Assembly: GCA_008632985.1 (NCBI GenBank)
Contig: QPGO01000051.1
Location: forward strand, 425,046-483,685
Direction of reading: 5' to 3'
From: Psammoneis japonica
Taxonomy: Eukaryota
DNA: 58,640 bases
Shown here one piece after another: positions 11,147-21,990 of this stretch. Under the pieces are notes generated by a model. That model was given only the letters and a program-made list of their open reading frames with translations. It was not told the origin of the DNA and made no database searches. The position numbers were made by a program, and so were the translations under genes. Each line of letters starts with the position of its first letter. The stretch's first letter is position 1.

Positions 11147-13426
11147 ACCAAACTCCGTTGAGAGTGTCCAGATTCCGACCTCAGAGATGACCGCATTTTT
11201 CAATTTGGCGAAACGCCGCTGTCCGTGCTGTTTTGCACGTTGTTTCAAGCCGCAGAGCCAGAAAACACTCCAAAAAAATTGCCCCGCAGGGCAAACAAAA
11301 GAGCAACGTAGAAAGAGAAAATGCACGCAAATTGAATGGCTGCATGCATGTGAAGCCTCAACAAAACACACAGCACGAATGGCAGCACATGAGGTTGGTT
11401 GTGATGCAACAGAAGCAACGTTGTCAGCGCGAACCTTCAGCAAGAATTTTCGCCATGATCTGCCCATGTGAGCCTGGATGTTCTCGAGCTTGTCTCGCAG
11501 AAGATGATGTGACAGTGACGAGCTCCATTGAGAGCATCCAGGCTCCGACCTCAGAGATGACCGCATTTTTCAATTTGGCAAAACGCCGTTGTTCGCGCCA
11601 TTTTGCGCGTCACTTTGAGCTGTGAGCCAGAAAACACTCCCAAAAACTGCTCTGCAGGGCAAAGCGCACTGAACCCACACAGACTTGGGTTGCTCCAGGC
11701 CACGAAGAAAGTGAGCGGGCCAAAAACTCCGGCGGACCCACTCAAACACATTCAACAACTGACTGACAACAGATCGGCTGACTGGTTTCCCAAAGTGCCA
11801 CTTGTGTTGTGCCCTTCCCCAGCTTCTCTCCAGCTGGCACCGTGGAATGCAGTCGCTCAATTTAGATTGTGTCTGCAACGTCATTTGCAACAAACGTGAC
11901 TGCCGCTTTTCACACATTGTCCGCCAAACAGGTTTTGGCTCCAGCTCATGTGTCTCAGCGCAACCCGCCACGTGGCTTTCCTCATCCCCCAAGCCATTGC
12001 CCCCCTCCTCCACTTTCCTGTCACGCTCTGCCACAATCTTCCTGCAAAAAACTTCCCTCTTGCGTTTCCTGGGTGCACTCCCTCTCGCATCTCCGTTCTT
12101 GGAGTTCCCTGTCGTGAAGTGCTCCAGGCATCTCGCGCACTTTCGTGCAAACAAGCCACATGTTCCCAGGCTTCAAACTGCCCCACAGCCAAAAGAAGCA
12201 ATCTTTGCCTTTAGAGTCACCATGATGTGCTGGTCTGCCAAATCAAACTCAGCATCGCCATGGACAGTGGGGGAGAAATGTTGTCAAAACTGCGCGATGA
12301 TGTGTTTGAGCTCTTGTGAGCTCACCCAGCTCAAGACATCATGGCTCCAAGTCGCCATGTTTGTCTTGAACTCTTCCTGATTCTGTGTCTGTGACTTGGC
12401 TTCGTCGCTGAATTGCCATGGCCACCGCACTTCAGAGACGACATTCTTGACAAGAAAAAGTGTCTCTGGGGTGCCTCATGACAACAGAGGCCCCACAGAA
12501 CAAAAGAGCAGCGCAGAAAGAGAAATTGCACGTAAATTGAACGACTGCAAACACATGAAGCCTCGACAAAACACACAGCACAAATGGCAGCGCATGAGGT
12601 TGGTCGTGAAGCAACAGAAGCGACGTTGTCAATGTGAACCTTCAGCAAGAATTTTTGCCACAATCTGCCCATGTGAGCCTGGATGCTCTCAAGCTCATCT
12701 CGCACAAGATGACACAATGAACCGAGTTCTGTTGAGAGCATCCAGGTTCCGACCTCAGAGACAATCGCATTTTTCAACTTGGCAAAACGCCATTGTCCGC
12801 GCCATTTTGCGTGTCATTTTGAGCTGCGAGCCAGAGAACACTCCCAAAAACTGTTCTGCAGGGCAAAGCGTGCTGAGCCCACACAGATTTGGGTTGCACC
12901 AGGCCACGTAGAAAGTGAGCGGGCCATGTGCTCCGGCGCACCCACTCAAACACATTCAACAACTGGCTGACAACAGATCGGTTGACTGGCTTCCCAAAGC
13001 GCTGCTTGTGTTGTGCCCTTCCCCGGCTGCTCTCTGGCTGGTGCCCTGGAGCGCAGTCACTCAATTTAGATTGTGCCTGCAACGTCATTTGCAACAAACG
13101 TGACTGCCGCTTTTCACACGTTGTCTGCCAAACAGGTGTTGGCTCTAGCTCATGTGTCTGGGTCCACCCCCCCATGCGGCTTTCCTCACCCCCCAACCCG
13201 TTGCCCCCCTCCTCCACTTTCCTGTCTTGCTCTGCCACAATCTTCCTGCAAAAATCCTCCCTCTTGCATTTCCTGGGTGCACTCCCTTCCGCATCTCCGT
13301 TCTTGGAGTTCCCTGCCATGGAGTGCTTCAAGCATCTCATGCACTTTCTCTCCTTTGCCCCACGTTCTTCATCGGGCAGGCTCTTGTTGTTCTGCAGCTC
13401 TGTCGTGACCAGCAAAGTGGCCAAGG

Positions 13427-13656
13427 GAGTCAAAATGTCAAAGTCATTCTGTCAACGTCATTTTGGACATTTCCACATGTCGCTTGCGTCATCGAGATTC
13501 AAATCTCTTCTCTTCTCACAAACTCGGTTGTTGAGACCTCTCGTCAGTTTGCAATCACAATTTCTCCATGGAGAACTTTGACAACGACTTCTGCTGCTCT
13601 GTTGAAACCTTGAGCTCTTGCTCTTTCTAACACAAGCTGCTTTGTCGCATCTTCAG
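13427..13656 (+). repeat. 5' LTR of copia element
   Basis: gagtcaaaatgtcaaagtcattctg...catcttcag colinear with 20785-21014; boundary uncertain by 1 nt. Confidence 0.92.
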
Positions 13657-13670
13657 TGGTTGTGAGTCCC
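13657..13670 (+). other. Primer-binding site, copia/hemivirus-type (internal tRNA-Met fragment)
   Basis: tggttgtgagtccc resembles the GGTTATGRGCCC copia-type PBS with TA->TG. Confidence 0.55.
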
Positions 13671-14161
13671 AATTTCGCATGGCGTTCGTTCCGCCGCCGG
13701 GAAAGCGCTGTCGATTTGTTCATCGAAGCTTCCATCCGCCACCAACGTCGATTCGTTTGCTTCTGCCAAAACGGTCGCGTTGTTTGATGTCTGAACGACA
13801 CCTCCAGTCAATGTCAGACACTCCCCACATTGCCACCAGCCGCCGTCGTTCGATTGACAAGCTGGTGGCCTGTTTTTGCTTCGCGGAATCGATCTGCAAT
13901 CTCCAACGAGTTCCGAGTTTGAAACCCCAACGTCCGTGTGTTTTAAACCAAACCCAGATCGAGTTCCTGCAACTCTCCGGTCCTTCATCAATCAAGAACA
14001 GCTCCTCAAGTCACGTCACGGGTCACTCATGTCGTGCCGTTGATTGCCGCAATCGTCTGGCGCCGCTCTACAAGCTCTGCGACTCGAAGTTCGTTCCATT
14101 GATCCGTTGTCGAGTTGACTGCGTACATTTGGTGCTGCAGCTGCACAAAAGTTGTCTCTGC

Positions 14162-16596
14162 CATGACGAACAATCCTCCTCCGCCCAAGACTCCTGCTGG
14201 TCAGCCTCCACCGCCTCCCGCGGCACAACAAAACCAGCCCACCGGTGCTGCCGCTCAACAGAATCAGTCTGCCAGTGCTGCCGCTCAACAGAGCCAGTCT
14301 GCCGGTGCCACTGCTCAACAGTCACATTCCAACCAACAGTCGTCGCATTCCAACGTTCAGCACCCTCGTCCACCTCCGATCCGTGGCGGAATCCATCCGG
14401 AACATGGTCGCCACATGGGTGGATCACCGCTGAATGACGAGTGCCATCTCAAGCTCAAGCGCACCTGTCGCTCTGCCAACCAGTCTCGGGACAAGAAGAT
14501 TCTTCCTCACACAGAGCGCAATCTCCAAGATGCCCAAGATGGAACCGATGTTGTCAAGTTCGATGGGAACCCAGAGATTCCCAACGGCAAGACGAATGAG
14601 CTGACAAGGAACACACGTCAGTGAATGAGCACGGATTGGAAAATTTTTCATCATGAAGTTGGACAAGAAGGTCGTTGACCTCTTCACTCACCTCCGTGGC
14701 TTCACTGTCGACAAGGTCATTGCGGAGCATGATGAATGCGCCAACAAGGCAACAGACGATTCGGCACACGATGAACATGAGCACGACGATGTCAATCTTT
14801 CACGTCTTGTCGTCGAGTCTCATGTCACTCACCAATTCGGCGAGAAGATTGAAACTCAATTCGGTCATCGCGACCTCTTCCGATGCTGCCCTGGGCAAAT
14901 CATTCCCATGATGGCTCTCGAGACTTGCAATGCCTCCGCCATGCATGATGTTGCTCAAGCCGCTGAAGACTTCGAGGCTTTGACGCTTGACTCCCATGCT
15001 GGCGAGGATGTTGCCGAGTTTGCTGCCGAAGCTCTCCGCCTCACCAAGATCCTGCAAACAGGACATGCGCTCCCCATCTCTCTTGGGTCCGATCTCCTTC
15101 GGAAGTGCTCCAAGACCTCTGGCGAAGCGTTCAATCAAGCAATCTTCGCCCAGTTAGACAAGGTGACGGCCATGGAACGCAAGCATTGTTTGACGGACCC
15201 AGCGCCACTTGCCAAGGACAAGGACTGCGGAACTCTTGGTCCGACTGCGTGCATCACCTTCCTTCAAACGAGGCATCGTGACTTCGTTGCTGACAAGGAC
15301 TGGCCCGGTCTCTCTGCTAAACTCCCTCAGGGTGACCACACCGAGCGCAAGGGAGCTTGCAACGCTTGTGGTGCTCCAGACCACTGGGCCAACGACAAAA
15401 AGTGCCCCAAGCATGCGGAGCGTCAGCGCCTGAAGAAGCTTGCCCGCCAACAACGTGAGGGTCAACCGCCAGCAGGTGCTCCACCCCCTCCTTCCACGTC
15501 TCCTCCCGGCACTGTTGCTCCAGCGAATGCACCTGCGGACAAACAAGCGAAGTTCAAGGAGCTGTTTGCGAATGAGCCCCATCGCCACACTCGTCCGGCT
15601 GATCTCAACCAGCCAGTCGTCAACAAGTGTGGGTCAACTGCTCACTTTTGCACCAAGTGCGCGTGCCGCCACACTGGCATCAAGAGCCTCTGTGCTGGTC
15701 ACAAGGATGCCGCCCACACCAACAAGCCACCCAAGAAGGAACAGCCGGATGCCAACCTTGCTTCCGTGGCCGATCCCGACTCCGGCGTGCCGGCTGGGCC
15801 ACCCGCTCAGACCACCGCCAATCCTACATCCACCAAGCCCGATCCGTCGTCTGACGATGATGCTCCCCCTGTTTTGGAGGAGGAACCAGTCTGGACTGGG
15901 TTCTGTTGCTGTCCTGTCGAGGACGCATCCGGCAATGCCGCTCCCATTGTGCGAGTCTCCGTCCTTCCCAGTCCTGCCGCTGAGAGGGAGCAGCGCACAA
16001 TTTTGGTTGAGACGGTTGACCTGGAAGACGCTGATGATTTCAGCGATTGCTGCGATGCTTGCGACAATTTGGATTGGGATGATTCGGTCATCCTCTTTCC
16101 TGCTTCAATGTTCCCACTGGAGCCTTCTATCTTGGACATTCCGCCAACTCCTGTTGAGTCTCCTGCACTCGACGACGAGTTCTACGATGCGATCTCTGAG
16201 CCTGCTCTGAATGTCCTTGACGTGGAACCTCAGCCCACTTCTTGCTGGCTCTGGTCCCTCCTCAAGATCCCAGTCTTTTGGTTCTCTGCTCTTCTTTGGG
16301 AAGGCATCCTGTGGCCAGCGGGTGCTGGTGGTGATCCGCCGCTGCCCTCACGTCGCTGTCGCCATCTCAAGCGCAAGCCTGCTCTTTTCAGTTGTCCGTG
16401 TCGTTGGGGCGTGATCTCCTGTGCAATTGCGCTTTGGCTCTCCATCTGTCTCGGCCGCGCCCCGCCCCATCCTGGCATTCCCTTGCAGCGTCTCTGCTCT
16501 CAGACCCACGAGGTTGTTCAAGCTCTTGACGAATGTGTCGTCTTGACCCCTGGCACCCTGCTGCAGCATCATCATCTGAAGATCAAGCAGTTCTAG
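14162..16596 (+). pseudogene. gag: Copia gag region with CCHC zinc knuckle and long extension
   Basis: CNACGAPDHWANDKKC knuckle; one frameshift near 14600; same frame as downstream pol. Confidence 0.8.
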
Positions 16597-19500
16597 CATG
16601 AGGTCTTGGTGCCAGAGGGAGCAACGCATGACACGACGACCTTGCCTTTTGAGCTTCACGAGTTGATTGAGGCCTGTGAGCTCGATGACTGCTTTGACAC
16701 CTGTGAGGACCCACCTGTCTTTCAAGAGTCCTTCTTTGATGCTGCTGCCTTTCGCGAGTCGGACTTCTCCAGTCCTGACATCTTTGGGATCTCCGAGTTG
16801 TGTCGAGCCCACCATGTGGTTGACTGCACCGAGTTCCAACCTTCTGTCGCGGCACTGGCTGCTCAAGCTGCCAGTGCGTCCCCTGCTTCCATTGGACAAC
16901 CTGCCGCAGCTGCTGTCCAGGCTCTCACCGGAGCCACCCAACTGTCTTGCCTGGCTGGGGACCCTGCCGTTCTCATGTCTGCCGGGCAGTCGTCACTGGA
17001 GGCAGTCGTCGACACTGGCGCCTCGCTCGCCATCTCTCCGGATGAGGAGGACTTTGATGGCGAGATTGAGTTGCCATCCAAGCCTCTCAAGCTTGGTGGG
17101 ATGGCTGACGGCCTTCCCGTTGAGGGCGTTGGTGCTGTCTCTTGGTGCTTCCAGGCTGCCGACGGTGGCGACATCAATGTCCAGACTCGCTGCTGTTGTG
17201 TCCCTCGTTCCAAGGTGCGCCTTCTGTCCCCTCAACATCTCTTTCATCCTGCGGGTGTTCGAGGCCATTTTTGGGGCGACAGTGAGATCTTCAAGATTTG
17301 TTTTTACGGCACACCTGAGATCCAAGTTCCACATGATGAGCGCTCGAACTTGCCAGTTGGTCATGCATCTTGCGGCACTGTGTTCGCTCCTCAGGTCAAT
17401 TTGAGTGCTGTTGCTGACCCTGACAATCTAAATCTGTCCTCTGGGCAGAAGCCACTCGTGGATGTACATGCTCGGTTTGGGCATCTCAATTTTCCACGCA
17501 TCCAAGCTCTTCTCCGCCGGCCTCCTTTCACCGCTCTCAAGTTCGCATCTGCTTCCAAGTGTGACATCCCCAAATGCGATTCCTGCGAGCATGCCAAGGC
17601 TCATCGCCGTCCTGCTGAGGCCCAACGAAAGACTGCTGTCCCCAAACACGATGGTGCATTCGAGGCTGGTCATCTCCATCCAGGTCAGTCCGTGAGCGTT
17701 GATCACTTCGAGTCGCGTCTGAAGGGTCGCACCTGCAATTCCCATGGCAAACCCTCCTCCCAGCAGTGTGTTGGCGGATGCATTTTCGTCGATCATGTCT
17801 CTGGGCTCACACACGTTGAGCATCAAGTTGGTTTCTCTGCAGTTGAGACGATGCGGGCAAAACAAGGTTATGAGCAGATGGCTCTGGGTCACGGCGTCGT
17901 CATGCAGGAGCACCTTGCCGACAATGGTGCTTTCAAGGCCAACAAGTTTGTCACCCATGTCCGCGAATCTCAGCAACGCATCCACTGTTGTGGAACAAAC
18001 GCCCATCACCAGAATGGCGTTGCGGAGCGGTCCATTTGTTCCATGTCCAATGTGGTGCGAGCCATGATCCTCCATGCGTCCATCCATTGGCACAGTGGCA
18101 TTGACAGCTCCTTGTGGCCTGTGGCGGTCAACTGTGCTGCCCACATTTACAACAACACTCCGGGATCAAATGGACTTTGTCCTGCCAACATTTTCGCCGG
18201 ATCCACCGTCCCACGCCACCGTTTGCTCGATTTACACACTTGGGGGTGTCCTGTCTACGTCTTGGATCCCAAGTTGCAGCAAGGACAGAAATTGCCGCAT
18301 TGGCAACCACAATCACGGCGTGGTGTTTTTCTCAGCCTCAGCTTGGTTCGCGCTGGCAAGGTTCCACTGGTCCTGAACTTGAGTGCTGGGTCCATCACTC
18401 CTCAGCATCATGTGGCATTCGACGATCTCTTCACCATGGTCGCATCAATCGAGAGGGAGAGCGAGCCACCTGATCACTGGGAAGAGCTCTGTTTGGAGAG
18501 TTTTGTCCAGATGCCACTGGATTTGAGTGACAAACAATTGTTCCTCCAAGACGATTGGCTTGCTCCTGCAGAACTCGAGCAGAAACGGCGACATGAAGAA
18601 CGTGAGCATCTTGTCAGGAATGCACGTCAACAACAGCCTGCCGCTGTGAAGTCTTCAAAGCCCATCGCTCCAGTCATCGAACCGCCGCCATCTGCACGTC
18701 CTGGCGCGTCCACACCATCGAATGCAGACGACTTGCCATCGGTGCCACCACAGGAACCACCATCGCAGCCACCGCAAAACCCCAATCCATCAACGAGCGA
18801 TTCTGAAGTTGGTCATGCACCGCCTCTCGTACGTCCGCCACCTCAATCTGGCCCGGAGTCATCGGACATCCCAGTCCCGGCTCCTGATGTTCCAGTCCCA
18901 TCCACGACTGAGCAGAACGTGCGTCGCTCACAAAGATCAAACAAAGGCAAGCGAGCTACAACTCGTTTTGCCGACGAAGTCCATTCAGCCTCAGTCGAGC
19001 CATTGGATGCTGGAGGACACCATTCCCAGCTCGCCCATCTCGCTGAGATCCAGACCTGCTGTGACAGTGGACAATTGGACATTCAAGACCCTCGTGTCTA
19101 CGCTGCAAAGGCCAAGAAGAATGACGACACGCCGAACATGCGAGAAGCTCTCACGGGCGAATTCACTGAGCAATGCGTCGAGGCCATGAAGACCGAAGTG
19201 GCCGCGCTTGTTCATCACAAAACTTGGAAATTTGTCAAGCTCGATTCATCCATGAATGTGTTGAAATCAACATGGGCACTTAAGTTGAAACGCTTGCCTG
19301 ACGGTGCTCCGCTGAAATTCAAGGCTCGATTTTGTTGTTGTGGCGATTTGCAGCAAGAGGGAGTCGACCACTTCGAGACTTGCGCTCCAGTGGTCCAGTG
19401 GTCGACTGTTCGTTTGCTGTTGAGCACTGTGTTGCAAGAAGGGTGGACAACTCGTCAAGTTGACTGCACAAATGCGTTTGCACAAGCTGATGTCACTGAA

Positions 19501-20778
19501 GACGTTTGTGTCGAACCTCCCAAGTGCTTTGGTCACTCTTCAGGTGCAAACGTGGTTCTCAAGCTACTCAAGATGCTCTGTGGGTTGAAACAAGCCCCGA
19601 AATGCTTCTGCGAAAAGCTCCGCGAAGGATCACTTGAATGAGGGTGGATTCAGTCAGCTGCAGATCCATGTCTGTTCTTCAAGGATGGCATGATTTGTGT
19701 CGCATGCGTCGACGACACTGTCCTCGCTGGTGCTGACGGAGACCTTCTGGAATGCGAGATCACCGCTCTAGGAATTCAAAAGGAAGAACAACGTCACATT
19801 TTTGAGCTTCGCAACGAAGGAGAAGTTGGCGACTTCCCAGGCACCAAGATTTGCAAGACCGGACCCAAGGAGTTCCTGCTGACTCAACCAGGTCTGACTG
19901 ACAAGGTCCGCAAAGCTGCTGGCATGGAAGATTGTCGTCCTTCTCCCACGCCTTGCACTGCTTCTCTGTGCCATGCTGATTCAGAGGGAGCTGATTTCGC
20001 CGAACCATGGGATTGCCAATCTGTTGTCGGGATGCTTGTGCACTTGTCGGCAAACTCCCGTCCTGACATCACGTGTGCCACCCATCAAGCCGCTGTCTCC
20101 TCCTGTGCTCCTGAACACTCTCATGCTGTTGCAGTGAAGCGCATTCTTCGTTGTCTTCAAGGTGCCAAGGACAAGGGCCTCCATCTGCACCCCAGCAACA
20201 ACAAACGAGTTGATTGTTTCATGGATGCCGATTTTGCTGGACTCTGCGGTCATGAAAACTCCCAAGACCCCGTGAGTGTCAAGTCTTGTGCAGGATGCGT
20301 CATTTTGCATTGCGACTGTCCCATTCTGTGGGTCTCCAAGCTGCAGATGCAGACTGCCCTCTCTGCCATGGAGGCAGAATGTCTGGCACTGTCGGCTGGC
20401 ATGCGCGACCTGATTCTGATCTGAGAAATTTTGAAAGAAATTCAGTGTCACGCACTCGGGCGCAAGAATGCTTCTGCTCCCACTGCTGCCAAATCTAAAG
20501 CCTTTTCTGATGTGAAAGACGGTGCGATTCCTTCCTCCATTGTCTGCAAGGACAACCAAGCGTGTCTCAAGTTCGCGAAAATGGCAAAGATGTCTCCTCG
20601 CACCAAACACATTGGCATTCCCTGCCATTGGTTCCGCGCTAAAGTTGAAGTGCTCGAGATTGTCATTGAGCCTGAAGGAACCGACTCTCAGCTTGCAGAT
20701 CAGTTTGCAAAGGGGTCAGTCCAAGCTCTGTTTGAATCCAGTCGGAAGAGTCTGTCTGGCTGGCAGCTCTGTGTTTGA
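16597..20778 (+). pseudogene. pol: Copia pol: protease, GAG-pre-integrase, integrase, RT, RNase H; one frame with in-frame stops at 16594, 19639, 20422
   Basis: VVDTGASLAIS; HARFGH..CDSC; SVDH, ADNG, HHQNGVAER; KFKARFC, VDCTNAF, LCGLKQAP, ACVDD (YVDD); DADFAG, EAECLAL, DNQAC, RTKHI, QLADQFAKG. Confidence 0.97.
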
Positions 20779-20785
20779 GAGGGAG
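20775..20785 (+). other. Polypurine tract of copia element
   Basis: ttgagagggag immediately before the 3' LTR. Confidence 0.8.
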
Positions 20786-21014
20786 AGTCAAAATGTCAAA
20801 GTCATTCTGTCAACGTCATTTTGGACATTTCTGTGTGTCGCTCACATCATCGAGATTCAAATCTCTTCTCTTCTCACAAATTTGGTCGTTGAGACCTCTC
20901 GTCAGTTTGCAATCACAACTTCTCCACAGAGAACTTTGACAACAACTTCTGCCACTCTGTTGCAACCTTGAGCTCTTGCTCTTTCTAACACAAGCTACTT
21001 TGTTGTATCTTCAG
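20785..21014 (+). repeat. 3' LTR of copia element
   Basis: Colinear with 13427-13656. Confidence 0.92.
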
Positions 21015-21495
21015 CAAGGACACAAAATCAAAAAGGACAAAAAATGTCTGTTGAGGGTGCCAAATCACAAAGAGCACAAACCAGGCAGGGGCACAAAATT
21101 GCTGAGGTCACAAAATGACTGAGGGTGCAAAATGGTGGCTGAGGCCACAAAGCTGCCAAGGGCAAAAAATCAGAAAGGGCCCAAGGTGGCAAAGGGCACA
21201 AAACCACAATGGCCAAAAATTGCTGAAGGCACAAAATCATGAGGGGCACCAAATGCGGCTGAGGGCCCAAAACCAAAAAAGGCACAAAATGGCCAAGGGC
21301 ACAAAGTCACAAAGGGCGCAAAATGGCCAAGGGCACAAAACCACGAGATGGGGCAAAATGCTCAAGGGCACAAAAAAAGGAAAGGGCACAAAACAGCCAA
21401 GGGCACAAAAAGGTCAAGGGCACAAAATCAAGAATTGCGCAACATGGCTGAGGGCACAAAATCTCAAAGGTGCAAAATGGCCAAGGGCGCAAAAC
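21015..21495 (+). repeat. GGGCACAAA satellite, third block
   Basis: Continuation of macro-unit 3 after the copia insertion. Confidence 0.9.
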
Positions 21496-21990
21496 AAAAA
21501 ATTGCATGTGGTGCATTTGGGATGGGAGGGTTTGGGTTTGGGCCATGAGGTGGCACGAAATGCTTCTGGTTGAATGACAGACCCCACCTGATCGATGCCA
21601 AGTGGCCACGGTTGAAGGACAGACCATGCCAAATGGATGCGCACCCACATCTGTTTCTCACCCACAGTCGACCTCAGGACATGCATTCGCCAAAGCGTTC
21701 GATGCAATTTTGCTCCTGTCAATGGACAGACCATGCCAAATGGGTGTGCACCCGCATCTGTTTCTCACCCACAGTCGAACTCAGGACATGCCGCTGCACA
21801 CATCGAATCAGTCAAGCATCATTTTCACATGTTGTGACTGGCAGCGTGACTGAAAGCAACACCCAAAACAAGTGGCTGAATGCCAAAATTGCCACAAACC
21901 TGAAAACAAAAAGTGGACAATGAGTGTTGCGGGATTAACAGCAATGCAGCCATTTTGAGACTGCTTCCCCCCCCTCACACATTTTTGTGG

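Larger units (their letters stand above)
13427..21014 (+). mobile_element. Full-length decayed Ty1/copia LTR retrotransposon, ~230-bp LTRs, TSD CAAGG
   Basis: LTRs ~13427-13656 and ~20785-21014; caagg at 13422-13426 and 21015-21019 splitting the ccaagggcacaaaatc satellite start; order gag-PR-IN-RT-RH. Confidence 0.95.
325..21500 (+). repeat. Macro-tandem repeat, ~3.1-kb core unit: unit 1 = ~325-4476 + 9779-10235, unit 2 = ~10236-13370, unit 3 (truncated) = ~13371-13426 + 21015-21500
   Basis: Same start motif ggcaggttcttg..ttctgcagctctgtcgtg.ccagcaaa.tggccaaggg at ~332, ~10241 and ~13375; same module order once the LTR elements are removed. Confidence 0.85.

Noticed and set aside
16597..20778. 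Alternative genetic code or programmed readthrough explaining Cys/His for Tyr and in-frame stops
   Set aside because: Tyr is replaced by two different residues, some Tyr codons persist, non-coding repeats show the same change, and the TGA stops fit CGA decay.
4477..21014. DGR-type or ADAR-type adenine mutagenesis through an RNA intermediate
   Set aside because: Changes are on both strands, restricted to TpA, differ between sister LTRs and also affect DNA transposons and satellites; no TR/VR pair or DGR RT.
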